Shown: one piece after another, positions 13,227-25,364 of the stretch
How the letters are laid out: every line of letters begins with the position of its first letter
Numbering within the stretch: the stretch's first letter is position 1
Assembly: GCA_049999805.1 (NCBI GenBank)
Contig: JBNGIO010006119.1
Coordinates: 161,211-196,969, forward strand
Length of the DNA: 35,759 nucleotides
Direction: 5' to 3'
From: Folioceros fuciformis
Lineage: Eukaryota
Made by a program: the position numbers and the translations under genes
Notes under the pieces: generated by a model
What the model saw: the letters and a program-made list of their open reading frames with translations, nothing else
Told to the model about the DNA's origin: nothing
Database searches by the model: none

Positions 13227-16200
13227 CTAGATGCGTTCGCTTGCGTTCCCACTGAACGTTTCAGGTACTGGAAATGCTTCTTTCCGTGGTCCTGCCTTTG
13301 GTTTGCTGAACAAGCGTTTTGCACGTTTCAGCACCTTTCGAGGCGGTCCGCCTCTCCGCTTGTCCCGCTCAACCTTCTCCGCGTGGTGCTCCAAATCAAG
13401 GGCAATGAACGTCCTCCTTTTGTCATCATCCATGTGCGCCAGACGGGAGAACTTTTTGGGCCACAATTCTCCCATGCTCGCCTCAATCTGCTGCAGGATG
13501 GGCACCATCTCCCTCTTCATCCATGCTCCGTTAAACATCTGCATCGAATTTAAGGCTGGCACTATAGCCTCATCTTTGAGCTGAAGGTCCAAACACAATG
13601 GCGAATCTCTGAGCCAGCTCCTCAACGAATGCCCTTTGGCAATCAAGATACCCTCCCTGGTCTTGGACACTAGAAACGGGGATCCCATCTCCCACAAGTG
13701 AGCTTTCAAGGTCTTACTGAGAGAAACACGGTTGCTATTTCTGTTCCTTCCGATGACCAGCATCACAGTCTTGGACGATTCTGGAGAGCCGATCAGGGAT
13801 GCTTCCTGCATTCGAGTGAGCCACATGGACAGCACAACTAGGCCCGCACCAGCCGACAATCTTCGAAGGTCTCCACCCCATTTGTTGCTCTCCACTTGTG
13901 TCAGATCGTCAGGATATATCCTCGTTTTCACGGCCAGCAGGTGGATTTGGGTCGCCATGGCTCTCTTCTGGAACGCCCACAATAGGTCTTGGAGGACATT
14001 CACGATACCCTGCCCAGCTGCCGGTCCTAGGTTGCGGAGTTGCACAAAGAGCTCCTCCACTTCAGCCAAAATGTTATCCTTCTCAGTCAGTAAGCGAAAG
14101 GGGATAGAAAAGCCCACGTCTCGCAATGCTGCTAACAACGTTAGCATATCAATTCTCTTATCACACCGGCTCGCAGCTCCTACAACGCAAGTGAATGTCA
14201 CGAAATTTGGGCTGAGTCCGGAAGCTTTCATATCCTTCAACCTTTTCACTGCTAGCTCATAATTATCTTCCTTCAAATATGCATCGATCAATGCGGTATA
14301 CTGTAACTCCGTAGGGGCGACACCCGTGGTCCGCAGTTTTTCCATCAATTTATCAGCAAGCTCCGGCTCCCCTCCTTTTCCATAAGAATCCATCAACATG
14401 TGCAGTGCAGTGACAGTGGTTTCAAAACCGGCATCTTCCATTTCCTTCAGACTGTTCTCAGCAGCTTCGTGCATACCCACCCTCCTGTATGCGTTAATTA
14501 ATGCATGATAAGTGGTTGCATTGGGCGTGCAACCAACCTCTTGCATCTCCTTGAACAACGATTCGCAAGCTTCCCACATGAGTGCACTTCCATAGCCAGT
14601 TATAAGAGTGGTGTAGGTTGTCACGTCTGGTTTCCACCCAGCCTTCAACATTTCTTGGAACACTATATAAGCTTCGGTCACCATTTGGTGCCTACTGTAC
14701 AGGTGAATGAGAGTGTTGTACGTAACCAGATCAGGAGTGCAATCTGAAATCAGCATATTCTTGAACACCTCTGAAGCCTTTCTGTAATCGCCCAACTTAC
14801 CATATAGGCCAATCATGGCATTATAGACGATAACATCAGGTGCACATCCGGCCTCTTCCATGTCCTTCAGAATGTTTTCGGCATCTTCTACACTGCCGAC
14901 CCTGGCAAACAGCCCCACCAAAATCGCGTACACCTGATGTTGTGGAACAAACCCTGCCTGCTTCATTTCCAGATAGACTTTCTTGGCTTCCAACACATTA
15001 CCCTCTTTTGACAAAGCATTCAGCATGACCAGGAAGGTCCTTCTGTTTGGGACAAAGCCGAGCTGCTCCACGACTTGAGACTGCTGCACTCCAACGTGAG
15101 CCTGCTCATGGGCCTCTTCAGATACAACATCTGGAGTCAGTGCATTCAACACAGCACTAGAGGAGATGTCTGAGGTTGTAACGCCCTCCGCAGTCATGGA
15201 ATTGAAAGTCTTTCGCAAGCGATCATATTGGCCAGACTCTGCATACGCAAAGAGGAGAGCATTCAAAGCTTTGGTGCAGACGCGCAAGTTCTGCGTCTGT
15301 AGTTCATAAAAACATTTTTCAGCTGCTTCCCAATGCTGTTGCTTGCCAAACGCCTCTATCATTGTTACGTACACACTGGAGTCACCCAGTCCTTCGAATG
15401 CGGGTCTTAATTTGTGCTGTAGCTCGTAAGCCCGATTCGGAAGTCCGAGGTTACAGTAAGATTGGATAGCGCTCTTGCAGCACCGTTCATCAGGCTCAAC
15501 TGCTGACGGCATGCTTTCAAACAGTTGCACAGCCTCATCTGGCAAACCAGCTTTCTCCGAGGAAACAATCATAGCCCTGTATATGGCTGTTGTTGCTTGA
15601 TGCCCATCGTCCACAAACCTGTTAAATTCTATCATTGCTTTGTCTAGTTTCTCTGCCCTTGCAAGCATTAATATCAAAGATTCTCGTAGCCAGGTGACTT
15701 CAGGTTGCAATCTAGAATTACTGACAGAATGAACAAAGGAGCACGCTTCATCGAACTTGTTCTCCAAGGCATACGAATCAAGCACCAGCATGATTGTCTC
15801 CCTATCAATAGGCTGCCCATGCTTAATGCAACCTTCCAGTGCTGATGATGCTGCCTCCCACAGGCCAGCCTTTGCAAAGCTGGAACACAGCGACGCTGTT
15901 TCAAACCCCTGTTGCTGCATTTTTCCCATCAACTCTCTAAGTTCGTTTTGCATGCCTTCTTTAGCATACACAGACAGCATAATCGAACAGGTATGCAAGG
16001 CAGGTCTCACACCTAAGGACAAGAGATTCTCGTAGGCTGATATCGCTCTCCAATGGAGTCCAGCTCTGTAAAAAACATCCACCATCACCGAGTTGGCAAG
16101 TTCATCAGCAAGAATCCCTGACTTTGACATGGAGTCGTACGTCCTTTCAGCATGCCCCAGCAAGCCGGCCTTGGCATAGGCACAAATAAGAGCAGTAAAT

Positions 16201-17681
16201 GTCTGCAGCGTGGGCCAAATTTGAGCCTCCCCCATCTCCTGGAACACACGTTCCGCATCCGCAATCAGGCCGGCTTTACCAAGCACGTCGATAAGTATGC
16301 TAAACGTGACTGCATCCGGACGACATTGACGGGCTTTCATTTCGTCGTAAACTTCCACAGCCTTGTCAGGCAGACCCAACTTCCCATACATGTGCATCAG
16401 AGTGTTAAAAGTGATTTCATCTTCATTGCACCTGGCTTTCCACATCTGAACTCGGATGTCATCAACATCCTCCACCCTTCCACTTCGAGCCAACGCAGAT
16501 AGCATCGCATTGTAAGTCACAGCGTCTGGAAGCAAGCCCGTAGCCTGCATGTTACGATAGTACTCCTCCGCCAAATCCACCATGCCTGCCCTGCCGAAGA
16601 CTGTGATGAGAGCATTATAGGTCCATATGTCCGGATCACATCTGTGCTGCCTCATCTCTCGGAACACCTCCACGGCATCTTCCCAGCAGCTGTTGTTAGT
16701 GCACGCACTTATGAGCGTGTTATACGTAACGATGTCTGGTCGAAGGCCAGCAGCTCGGATGTCCTGCAAGAGATCCACGGCGTGCCCGCGCTGCAGACCA
16801 GCTTTGGTCTGCGCATTTGCCCGTATATTGAAGGTGATCAAATCAGGTTGCACCTGGCTTTGCTGCATCTGCCGAAAAATGTGCTCAACCCTTTGCCACC
16901 CGCCCTTGCGGGCGTGCGCGCTCATGATGGAGTTGTACACTTGCACGCAGTCCCCAATCTCAGGCTGCGCTCGTTCATACAGCTCATCTGCCAAGGCAAC
17001 CTGCTTCGCTCTGCCCAACACGCCTATGATGGTGGCAAGCATCCGCGTGTTGGGCGAATACCAGTGGCGCAAATTGAGCCATTCGTAGACTTCCAGAGCC
17101 CGCTGCCAGTTGGTTTGGCCCACAATCTTCACGACAAAGCACAGGTCTGTGGGATGGAGCTGCTCAGTCCAAGCATCCAAAATGTCCGCAACGAAAACGG
17201 CTGCATCCAGAGCGAGGATGGCGTCGGTGAGACGCGCCACCCTTCTCTTCCAGTCCTTGGCTTTGATCAAGGCAATCTTGGACATGACCCGGGGATTGGC
17301 TGCTTCTAGCCTGGCCACAGCTTTCCTGGATCGATATCGCTTGCCATCGAGCCTGCTATTCTGCATATAGTCATCGGTGAAGACGAATCCGGATTGCTCA
17401 TCACTCTGGCCTTCCTGGTGTGAGACATCCTGAGTCCCTGGACTGGGGGTGACGACACTGCCATTACGGCGCGTGCGGAGCGAGGGATCCGCGTCCCCGT
17501 CAGGCCAGCGCAGAGAGGGGGACGCCCGCTCGTAGGAGAAGGATCGGCCAGGAGGAGCAGGAGCTGAGGAGGACGCTGTTGCCGCCACTGCTTGCGCACG
17601 CGGGGCGAATGCAACAACGGACATGGCTTGGCGGCTATCGTAGCAGCGGCTTGCTCGGCCTTCGAATCCATACATCTCCAC
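13227..17681 (-). CDS. EMB1270: P-class pentatricopeptide repeat protein, plastid-targeted, EMB1270/At3g18110-like; intronless; likely ATG at 17624 (or 17675)
   Basis: 1484-codon open frame with many 35-aa PPR motifs. Recognisable signatures AKDWKRRVARLTDAIL, WQRALEVYEWLNLRHWYSPN and LKAHLWEMGSPF...WLRDSPLCLDLQLKD. Ser/Ala/Arg-rich transit-peptide-like start MSVVAFAPRAQ. The ORF-track start at 17681 is GTG. Confidence 0.88.
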   Translation of the reverse strand: MEMYGFEGRASRCYDSRQAMSVVAFAPRAQAVAATASSSAPAPPGRSFSYERASPSLRWPDGDADPSLRTRRNGSVVTPSPGTQDVSHQEGQSDEQSGFVFTDDYMQNSRLDGKRYRSRKAVARLEAANPRVMSKIALIKAKDWKRRVARLTDAILALDAAVFVADILDAWTEQLHPTDLCFVVKIVGQTNWQRALEVYEWLNLRHWYSPNTRMLATIIGVLGRAKQVALADELYERAQPEIGDCVQVYNSIMSAHARKGGWQRVEHIFRQMQQSQVQPDLITFNIRANAQTKAGLQRGHAVDLLQDIRAAGLRPDIVTYNTLISACTNNSCWEDAVEVFREMRQHRCDPDIWTYNALITVFGRAGMVDLAEEYYRNMQATGLLPDAVTYNAMLSALARSGRVEDVDDIRVQMWKARCNEDEITFNTLMHMYGKLGLPDKAVEVYDEMKARQCRPDAVTFSILIDVLGKAGLIADAERVFQEMGEAQIWPTLQTFTALICAYAKAGLLGHAERTYDSMSKSGILADELANSVMVDVFYRAGLHWRAISAYENLLSLGVRPALHTCSIMLSVYAKEGMQNELRELMGKMQQQGFETASLCSSFAKAGLWEAASSALEGCIKHGQPIDRETIMLVLDSYALENKFDEACSFVHSVSNSRLQPEVTWLRESLILMLARAEKLDKAMIEFNRFVDDGHQATTAIYRAMIVSSEKAGLPDEAVQLFESMPSAVEPDERCCKSAIQSYCNLGLPNRAYELQHKLRPAFEGLGDSSVYVTMIEAFGKQQHWEAAEKCFYELQTQNLRVCTKALNALLFAYAESGQYDRLRKTFNSMTAEGVTTSDISSSAVLNALTPDVVSEEAHEQAHVGVQQSQVVEQLGFVPNRRTFLVMLNALSKEGNVLEAKKVYLEMKQAGFVPQHQVYAILVGLFARVGSVEDAENILKDMEEAGCAPDVIVYNAMIGLYGKLGDYRKASEVFKNMLISDCTPDLVTYNTLIHLYSRHQMVTEAYIVFQEMLKAGWKPDVTTYTTLITGYGSALMWEACESLFKEMQEVGCTPNATTYHALINAYRRVGMHEAAENSLKEMEDAGFETTVTALHMLMDSYGKGGEPELADKLMEKLRTTGVAPTELQYTALIDAYLKEDNYELAVKRLKDMKASGLSPNFVTFTCVVGAASRCDKRIDMLTLLAALRDVGFSIPFRLLTEKDNILAEVEELFVQLRNLGPAAGQGIVNVLQDLLWAFQKRAMATQIHLLAVKTRIYPDDLTQVESNKWGGDLRRLSAGAGLVVLSMWLTRMQEASLIGSPESSKTVMLVIGRNRNSNRVSLSKTLKAHLWEMGSPFLVSKTREGILIAKGHSLRSWLRDSPLCLDLQLKDEAIVPALNSMQMFNGAWMKREMVPILQQIEASMGELWPKKFSRLAHMDDDKRRTFIALDLEHHAEKVERDKRRGGPPRKVLKRAKRLFSKPKAGPRKEAFPVPETFSGNASERI

Positions 17682-18034
17682 AGACTTTCTAAAGGAGACC
17701 TAAAAGCACAGCACTTCCTGAGAGCACGGAGTTTCTTCGTTCTTCCGAGACTAGCTGGTGTGCGCCATGCCGGTGAGTCTTGTGTTGCCCCGACTTGCCT
17801 TGCTTGGATGACGTTTCCTTTCCCTTGCTGACGAGGAGCGTTCTACGCCCTCGTCCTCCCCCTGCAGCCTTACAATTTCTGTTTGTGCGTGTCACATATG
17901 CACAACATTTAGGGTGCAAGGGAAAGAGCTTTATCTCTTGGGCAGGGCAGCTGACTTTCTGCGGCCTGGCTACCTTGTGCACGCGACTGCTAAATGCTTC
18001 CCGAGCTAACAGAGTCCTTGCATCCCTGTCTGGC

Positions 18035-18199
18035 ATGAGTCAGGTCCGCCATCTCCTTGAGGCTGTCGAGATACCTGGCCCATTCCGCTACATGCTGGGG
18101 ACCGTCATTATGATGGCGGGCGTGGTTTTACCAGTGGGCTACATGATGTTCAAGACTAAAAGGCAACCTCTTCCATCAGCCTATGCCAAGCAGACGTAG
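18035..18199 (+). CDS. 54-aa single-pass membrane microprotein of unknown function
   Basis: ATG at 18035 gives MSQVRHLLEAVEIPGPFRYMLGTVIMMAGVVLPVGYMMFKTKRQPLPSAYAKQT*: one TM helix followed by basic residues. There is a probable 5'UTR intron GTGAGT 17774...CTAACAG 18012. It resembles a small conserved plant protein (recall only). Confidence 0.75.
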   Translation: MSQVRHLLEAVEIPGPFRYMLGTVIMMAGVVLPVGYMMFKTKRQPLPSAYAKQT

Positions 18200-18584
18200 G
18201 TGCGCTAATGCCTTGCGTGCAGACGATGTGTTCCAAGGGCATTTGCCCTGCATTGTCAGCCTACTCCTTGTATTCTTTGGTCTCATCTGTGGTCGTTTGG
18301 ATGTCGATGATGCAGGCCTTTTTGACCGTCCGAACACATTTCCAATTCGGATTCGGGCAGCAAGCGCTGCTGTTCGAAGACTCATCTTGCTGTGCTGCAC
18401 ATCATGATTTGTTGTCAGCTGCCGAGGGTGCGGGATGTGTATTGCTGTCGCCGTACTGTCCATTGTGAGCAGCCGAACTCTTAGGACTCTGTGAACCACA
18501 CGTACAAGTGAACTGGGGTGCCATTTTTTTCATTAATGACAACGGTAATATAATTTACTCTTTACTTAACTCGCCCCACAACTC

Positions 18585-21500
18585 TCAAACTGCGTAAGAG
18601 GAAACGTAGGATGTGCCAGCAGTGACTGCGGCCCACGGTGGGAAAAGACCTACAAGGGCTTCAGCTTCTGGGTCCAATTTCTGATCAAGCACGCCAAGCT
18701 CGATACGTAGGGGTTCCGTCCCGTTGGCCTGGAGATCCCGAGCATTACATATTCTGCAGGTTTCTCAAAGGCAAGGAACAAAGCAAGCAATGCGAGCTTA
18801 CCTCAAACCAAAATCGCCAGCTCTCATTTGCTCTGCGACCACTCAATCGACACATGAAGGATGGAGGACCTTCGAAGATGGACTCGGGCACTGCAACAGT
18901 CGGAAAATGTCAGACGTTGATTACAGATCGTCAAAATAATCCAATGCGACAGAAGGGTCCTAATTACCAGGTAGATGTCCATCTGCGAATGACCAAGAAC
19001 TAAGAGGCCCAGTCACGTTCATAACCGTCGACCAAACCTCGTCCAAAGATCTGCATACAGAAATCCAGCGTCCAAGCATAGTGAATATGCCACATTCTGA
19101 ACCTGGGTGTAGCATGTAGGAGGGCCATCGGTGTCAAACACAATCAACCAACATACCCTAAGTCGAGCTCCATGTGCACTCTTCTGCCCCCAGGTCCACT
19201 ACCATTGTCAACTCGGAGGACACGAATTTGTGGAACTTCTCTCCCTTCGCTACCATGTATTCCCACTGGTGCCAAAACCCTTGGGCCCCGGTTCAAGAGC
19301 GTTGATATAGGAAACAATGCCTGCAGCACAGAGAACATCGAAATCTTCAGGCCGGGGCCAAGGACCAGTGACCTCACATCAGTTATCAGCAAGTGCAGTT
19401 CTGGAGTTTGGAACACACCGTCCACTTAACAGGGTCTGCGAAGTATACGTTCTCCTCAGGTAGGGGCAGATTAAGCTGAAGCTTGCTGACAACTTTGGGA
19501 GAGTGCATAAACACAAATGACATAGGATTTGGATCTACTGTTGCAAAATCGTATGTAGACTGAACGATCTCTGCCCCTGCAGAGAGAAAAAACCAGCCTT
19601 CAAAGTAAGCTGTGAACATGAACTCAAAGCACAGAAGCAAGAAAAAGGGCGTTTTACTTCAGATCAGCCACTTACCTTCAGTCTGAAGAGTCTGTTGGAA
19701 AACAACACGCTTCGGAGCCCGCTCACTGTAAGGGAACATCACACCCGACAAAGCGGCAGTTCCGATGCTAATGTATATCAGCAATCGAAGAGTGTGAGGT
19801 TTCGCAATCCAATTCCCTACGATCGGTATGACAGGTGCCATGGTGATGGCTATTATTGCGCCGACTATCAGCGCAAGAATAACATCTGCAACATAGAAGC
19901 CTGCAAACACCACCCAGATGCCTACAGTAAAACATCGTAGTGTTTATGCAAGTTTACTTCAGCTCTAAATCAAATAGACGCCAAATTGTAAGAGAATTTA
20001 GGCCTTGTTTCTTCTGTACCAAAAGGTTTCGGGAAGGTGCCACTCATGCCCATCTTCTCAGCAATGAAAATGATAAACACTCCACCAAACTGCACAGAGT
20101 ATGCTGTGGGTAATGCTGCAGGAACGATGTAACCCAGCATCGACCTGACGAAATTGAACAAAATATTAGATACCAGAAACGTGCACGGCAGTACACTCAT
20201 TATCACTGCAGCAGAAGCCAGGTTGAGACTTACACAATAGAATGCTCACCAAACAAACGCTGGAACTTCCGGAAGAGTGCAAGGGCTGGGATCATGAATA
20301 CAGCCCACCAGAATGGCAAGAATCCACTCCCAAGTCCCAGTAGCGTGAACACCTGCTCCACAAATGCTTGTCAATCGAGGTTTGAATGCTTCTGTGATTT
20401 GGCAACTTCAAATTCGAAATGCTAAATGCAAGTTTTCACTGTGACATATCAAGAAATGAATCAATACAGCAAGTACAGGAACCCACAGCTGCCACAAGCG
20501 CATTGACTCCCACTGCAGCCCAGTGGTTGGACCAATTAAGTGCCTCCTGGATTCGTTTGCCAAATCAGGTGTGAAAAAGCAGTGGGATGAAAAGGGGATG
20601 GACGAACGAAATACACCAGTCTCATGAATAGCAGGCACATGTTTGAACCTGCCCTATGGTTGGTTTCCTAATCCCTGCATTCAGTGCAGCCTTTGGAATC
20701 AACAGTCCCGCGATAGATATAGGTCCAAACATAAGAATCGCCATCCATGGATGTGCAAACCTGAAATCTTGCAAGTAGCATGCATCGTCAGTCAATACTA
20801 CTGCACTGGCTGAATTTCCTCACTTCAATTGCATGAGCAATTTCAAACACTACAGCTATGAAGCCATCTAATTATGTGACCATCTGACAGCAGCTTGGCA
20901 ACTGCAGTCTCAGGTAAGAAATCACTGACACAAACAAGACAAAGGGTCATTACCATGTCATTGCTCTGCTAGACGTAGACAACCTTGCTATTGCCAGAGC
21001 CACCGGAAAGATCACAGCAAAGACCATCCCTAAAACGTGCAAGACGACTCCTGCACAAAGATGCAAACTTAATTGGCAAAAGACAACCCACTAAATTGAA
21101 CATTGCACGTGACAAACATCAGGGTTACAAGGCTTGCAGCATACCTTGCCCGATGTATCCTAACCGCTCAGAGACTGTAGGCAGCTCTTCCATAGTTGTG
21201 ACGCCAATGACAGCAAGCACAACTATTAAAGGCACCAAATGCAGTACAATTGCCACCTTAAACGGGTAATAGATCTACAAACGCAAGGATTGTCTTTATC
21301 AGCAAATAAAGAATTGAATGGATTCAGTCAACTATTAGATTGTGATTTCCCGTCTTAGGGAACCTAAAAGCACCATTCCTGTACCATAAACCGTCCAAAC
21401 AGATCGAAGTAGACAGGACGCGTCTCAGCAGCCCAGACGTCCTTGATGGTGGCCCTCTCTGCAGCCCCCATAAGCTCTGGGGCAGTGGTAAACCCTTGTA

Positions 21501-23522
21501 GCAGAGCAAACAGATTCTCTCCTCGTACTTGCAGGCTCCCTGGCCTGCATATTCCAATGTGGTATCAGCGTGTTACTTGCCAAACCTGAACCTTGAAAGG
21601 AAACAATGCTTTGCAAACCACACGTACACAATCCTGTCTGGTGTATCATAAGCAGTATGATAGACATATCCCTCCAAGATGAAAATGATATCCAATCCAG
21701 GAACGTCTCCGAAGTCTTGAGAAAAAATTCTGAAATCAGTATCTCCAGGAATAAGAGGAAAGACATCCTGCATGGAACACGATGGGTGTGCCTTCGTTAC
21801 ACTGCGAAATCAGTGTGCAACTAAAAATTGAAGGCTTACACAGGCTCATCTCTACTCTCTTGCCGAGGACTGACACCAAACAGCCTTCAGTGATGAACAA
21901 CTCATAGCAGCCTGCACCAGATGCCAGATACCAACCTGCGCAGCTGAGTTTGCCATAGGGTAGACAGCAGACTCGGCATAAACACGTGAGGGCCACGCTC
22001 CAGGGCCAGACTGAACCACAAGATCTGCCACAGACTTCAGGGTCACGTGATTACAGAGTTTACCAAAAAAAGTTGACCCTCAGTTACCTCTTGGTGAAAC
22101 ATGAGACACTAGAAAAAGAAGTCTTCGTGACACAAACTTGAACAATGTACGTAGGGACGGTGGTGAATGACGTATGAGCATTACCAGGACCACTGGCACC
22201 AGAGGCCTCCACATTTATAACAGCACCAATAGATGCCCACAGCTTGTAGTTCTGGACAAATCCATGGGCAGCCTGACATGGACATGAACCACAGCACAGA
22301 AAGGAGGTCAGAATGCCACCATGGGTCACTACAACATGACTAGAGACCAAATCTTCAAAGCTCCGTAGAGAAGGGAAAGGGCTAACTTGCTTGATGCGGT
22401 ACTAACCAACATGTAGACCTCTTCTGCCCCATTGAAGAGAAAAATGATTGGCGCTGGCGGCACCCAATTAGTATCAATTATGTAGCGAGCGACCTCTAGC
22501 ATGGATCCTGTTTTACACATCAAAAAGGGGACGTAAGCATAGTCTGAAACCCTGAGCGACTATAGTCATAGCAGTCTTGTCAGTCTTGTTATCCCCGTAC
22601 GCAAGCCAAGAAGCCTTCGAAGGAAAAGAGGCATACCTACACAGGTGGCACAGTCAGCAGCTGCTGGGGATCCTAAAGGCCCATCAAAGTGACCATTAAC
22701 CAACACAGAGGGGGCATCTTCGCTGTGCTCCTTAGACGACAACCTGTCAAAACCTGGGCCATGAGCGACCGATCGACATCATCCGTCGTCTGAAATCCCC
22801 CTCTGATAAGCCGCTGCACTAACCTCATAAATAAGTTGAAGTGATCTCTATACGTATTAGAAATACTGTGCCGCAAGAATATGATGTTGAAAGAGCCACT
22901 GACCACAAGCTCATCGACCTCCACCCTGCTCAAGAAGTCATAACCTGAGCTTAGGAAAGAGAATGTCGCCCCAGCTGCAGATCCCAGAAAGGAATCCACA
23001 CGTACCGAATATCTGGGCTAGCTCTAGCTTGCAATTCCTCCAACTTTGACCTTAAATAGTTGGCCGCCTTTGACAAGCCCCTGCTCCCTTCCTTGGTACA
23101 GCAACACGTTTGAGGACTGATAGAAGCGAAGTAAACCACACAACTGACAATCACAACCCCAAAGGCCGACGCCTGCATACCTGGCGGATGCCAATATCCG
23201 TGGCCAAGTAGCGCACATGCTCCATCATCCGGCCTTCCGAAATCCGGTTTGACGGGACATTCTGTGGCAAGGGAGTCACCAGCTCTTGGTACATCCCCTT
23301 CTTCGCTAGATAAATAACCGGCACATAGAGCAGTGCAAGGCACAGAAGGCCCCCAACAGAGGAATTAAAGGATGAAACTCGGCCAGCAGAAACCCGAGCT
23401 CCCTTCACCTGCCTTGTCAACCTGGCAGCAGCATCTCGCTTGCCTGAATTTTCCTCTCCGTCTAGCTCCGATTCACGGTGTATACCAGGAGGCCTGTCCT
23501 CCTTGGTCCCCCGCCTTCTCAT
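18585..23522 (-). CDS. Endoplasmic reticulum metallopeptidase 1-like (peptidase M28, multi-TM), many short introns
   Basis: M28 Zn-ligand motifs across exons: [38 protein letters not shown]...PGLD and YHTAYD. TM block followed by APKRVVFQ. C-terminal exons [30 protein letters not shown] and [10 protein letters not shown]...YVSSYAV* (stop 18585). Start MRRRGTKE at 23522. Confidence 0.9.
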
Positions 23523-23943
23523 CACGGCTGGCCTACAGTTCGCAGGCCAATGGCTCCGATCGGAAGGAAAACACAGACCCCAAGAACAACGAGCACACGG
23601 ATACAAGGCTCCAGTGCCCAAGAAGGTGGGATCGTGCGAAAAAGACCTGGCCAGACACAGGAATGTCCGCTTCTTGCAACTACAGAAGAGAGGACCGGGC
23701 AACAGACGTCCGGACGAATCCTTGAAGAGTGCCTGTAGGGGACGGGACCGAAGCATTTACGGCCGGCAGGTGGTTGCCGGCGCTGGCGCAATCATAGAGC
23801 GCCACGGCTGTCACTCGACATTTGTAGTTACAAATTAGAATCTTGCCGTAGCACCGATCCCAGGCACGGAAGAGGCAGGAGAATGGTGCTTGTGCTTGTG
23901 GATCGTGTTCCAGTTAAAGAAGTTTGCATTAGCGTGGCTCCCA

Positions 23944-25364
23944 TCAGCGTGCAGTTTTGTACAATTTGTATCTGTCCTGGCTGAAGGCGGTGTTCTGCTC
24001 GCTGAACGTCCAGAGGCGGGAAGCCAGCTGCGCATCCTGAGCTTCGGGCGAAGGCAGCGCCTGATTGCAGTCGTCCCAGTACTTACCGGAAATGCCGTTC
24101 ACATGCGGGTGCGCAGCCACGTAGCAAATGGTGGCTGCGCCCTGCAGGGGGGACTTGAGGAATTGCTTGCCCACGGACAGGGCCAGCTTCAGGGCCAGGA
24201 CGTTCATTTTCTTGCACAGGTTTGTCTTCACCAGCCCCGGGTGCACGCAGTTCACTGTCACCTTGGCGCGCTTCTCCAAGAGCCTGCGGTTCAGCTCCAC
24301 CATGTGCAGGATGTTGGCCAGCTTGGAATCCGTGTAGCAGCGGTACGACGAGAAGCTGCAAAATGTTGCATTTCGCATCACACGCACAATGTCGTGGAAG
24401 AGGTCATGATCATTTGCATGGCAAGTAGCTGGAAGGAATTGTAGCGGTAGATGGGCAGTCAGTCACCTTCGGGGGTCGTTGATGGAGTCGAAGTACATGT
24501 TCTTGGAATGAGCGTGAGCGGATGCGGTCACGTTCACAATCCTGCCTTCCACGCCGGTCTGGTTGGCCGTGGCTATGAGGTTGTCCAGCAGAAGGTTCGT
24601 GAGCAGGAAATGGCCTGCAGGTTCCGCTAGGTAAGAAGGCTATTGCTCTGCTGATGCCGTCTGCAACGCACTCGGCGGTATGATGCCATGATATTGATCG
24701 AGAGTGGTGAGAGGGATTATACCCGTATGGTTTGTGGCGAAAGTCAGTTCCATGCCGTCTTCCGACTGCTGGTAGTCGCTGCTGATGCTGGCTGCATTGT
24801 TGCTGTAACTCCAAGGTGCAGCGAAAACATATAAGAGCAAAGCAGCTTGGCAAGGGAAGCAAGGGCAAGGGCAAGGGCAAGGGCGGAGCCCGGTTTCGAG
24901 GACTCACTCACATGAGGACGTTGAGAGGCAAGTTCCTGAACTTGAGGTTTTTAGCGAATTTGCGGATGGAGGAGAGTGATGCTAGATCCAGCTCTAGCAC
25001 CTCCACCTGCGCTTGGGGGTACTCCTGCAAAATTTCCGTCTTCACCTCCTCTCCCAGCCTGGTGTTTCTGACTGCCATGATAACCTGAGCGCCACGGAAG
25101 GCGAGTGCTCGTGCAACCTCTTTGCCGATCCCATTACTGCTTCCTACGATCATTGTCCGATTGGCAACAGCAAGGCAAGGACGTGAATCGAGGAAGTGAA
25201 GTAATGACTCTGCACTGGGAGGATATGCAATACAGATGGTTACCCGTCACGATCGCAGTTCTGTTCTTGAGGTTGAGGTCAGCCGTCACTTCCAGGGACG
25301 TTGTTTTGGAGCCGAAGCCGCTAGGACCTGGCGTTCCCAGGAGGTAGGCAAGAGCCCCAGGCAT
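23944..25364 (-). CDS. Short-chain dehydrogenase/reductase, Tic32/retinol-dehydrogenase-like, 5 exons
   Basis: GPSGFGSKTT, TGSSNGIG (Rossmann, split by intron 25144-25243), LDLASLSSIR, FATNHTGHFLLTNLLL, YTDSKLANILH (YxxxK), VHPGLVKT and GAATICYVA. Confidence 0.93.
24859..24884. repeat. (GCAAGG)4 microsatellite in an SDR intron
   Basis: Directly visible hexanucleotide repeat. Confidence 0.85.

Noticed and set aside
13218..17370. Numerous + strand ORFs (up to 221 aa) over the PPR gene, and similar antisense ORFs over other genes
   Set aside because: Shadow ORFs opposite well-supported coding exons, with no independent homology signal.
21560..21568. TGGTATCAG resembling a tRNA-Met primer-binding site
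   Set aside because: Only 9 nt match. It lies within a short intron of the metallopeptidase gene and has no adjacent LTR.
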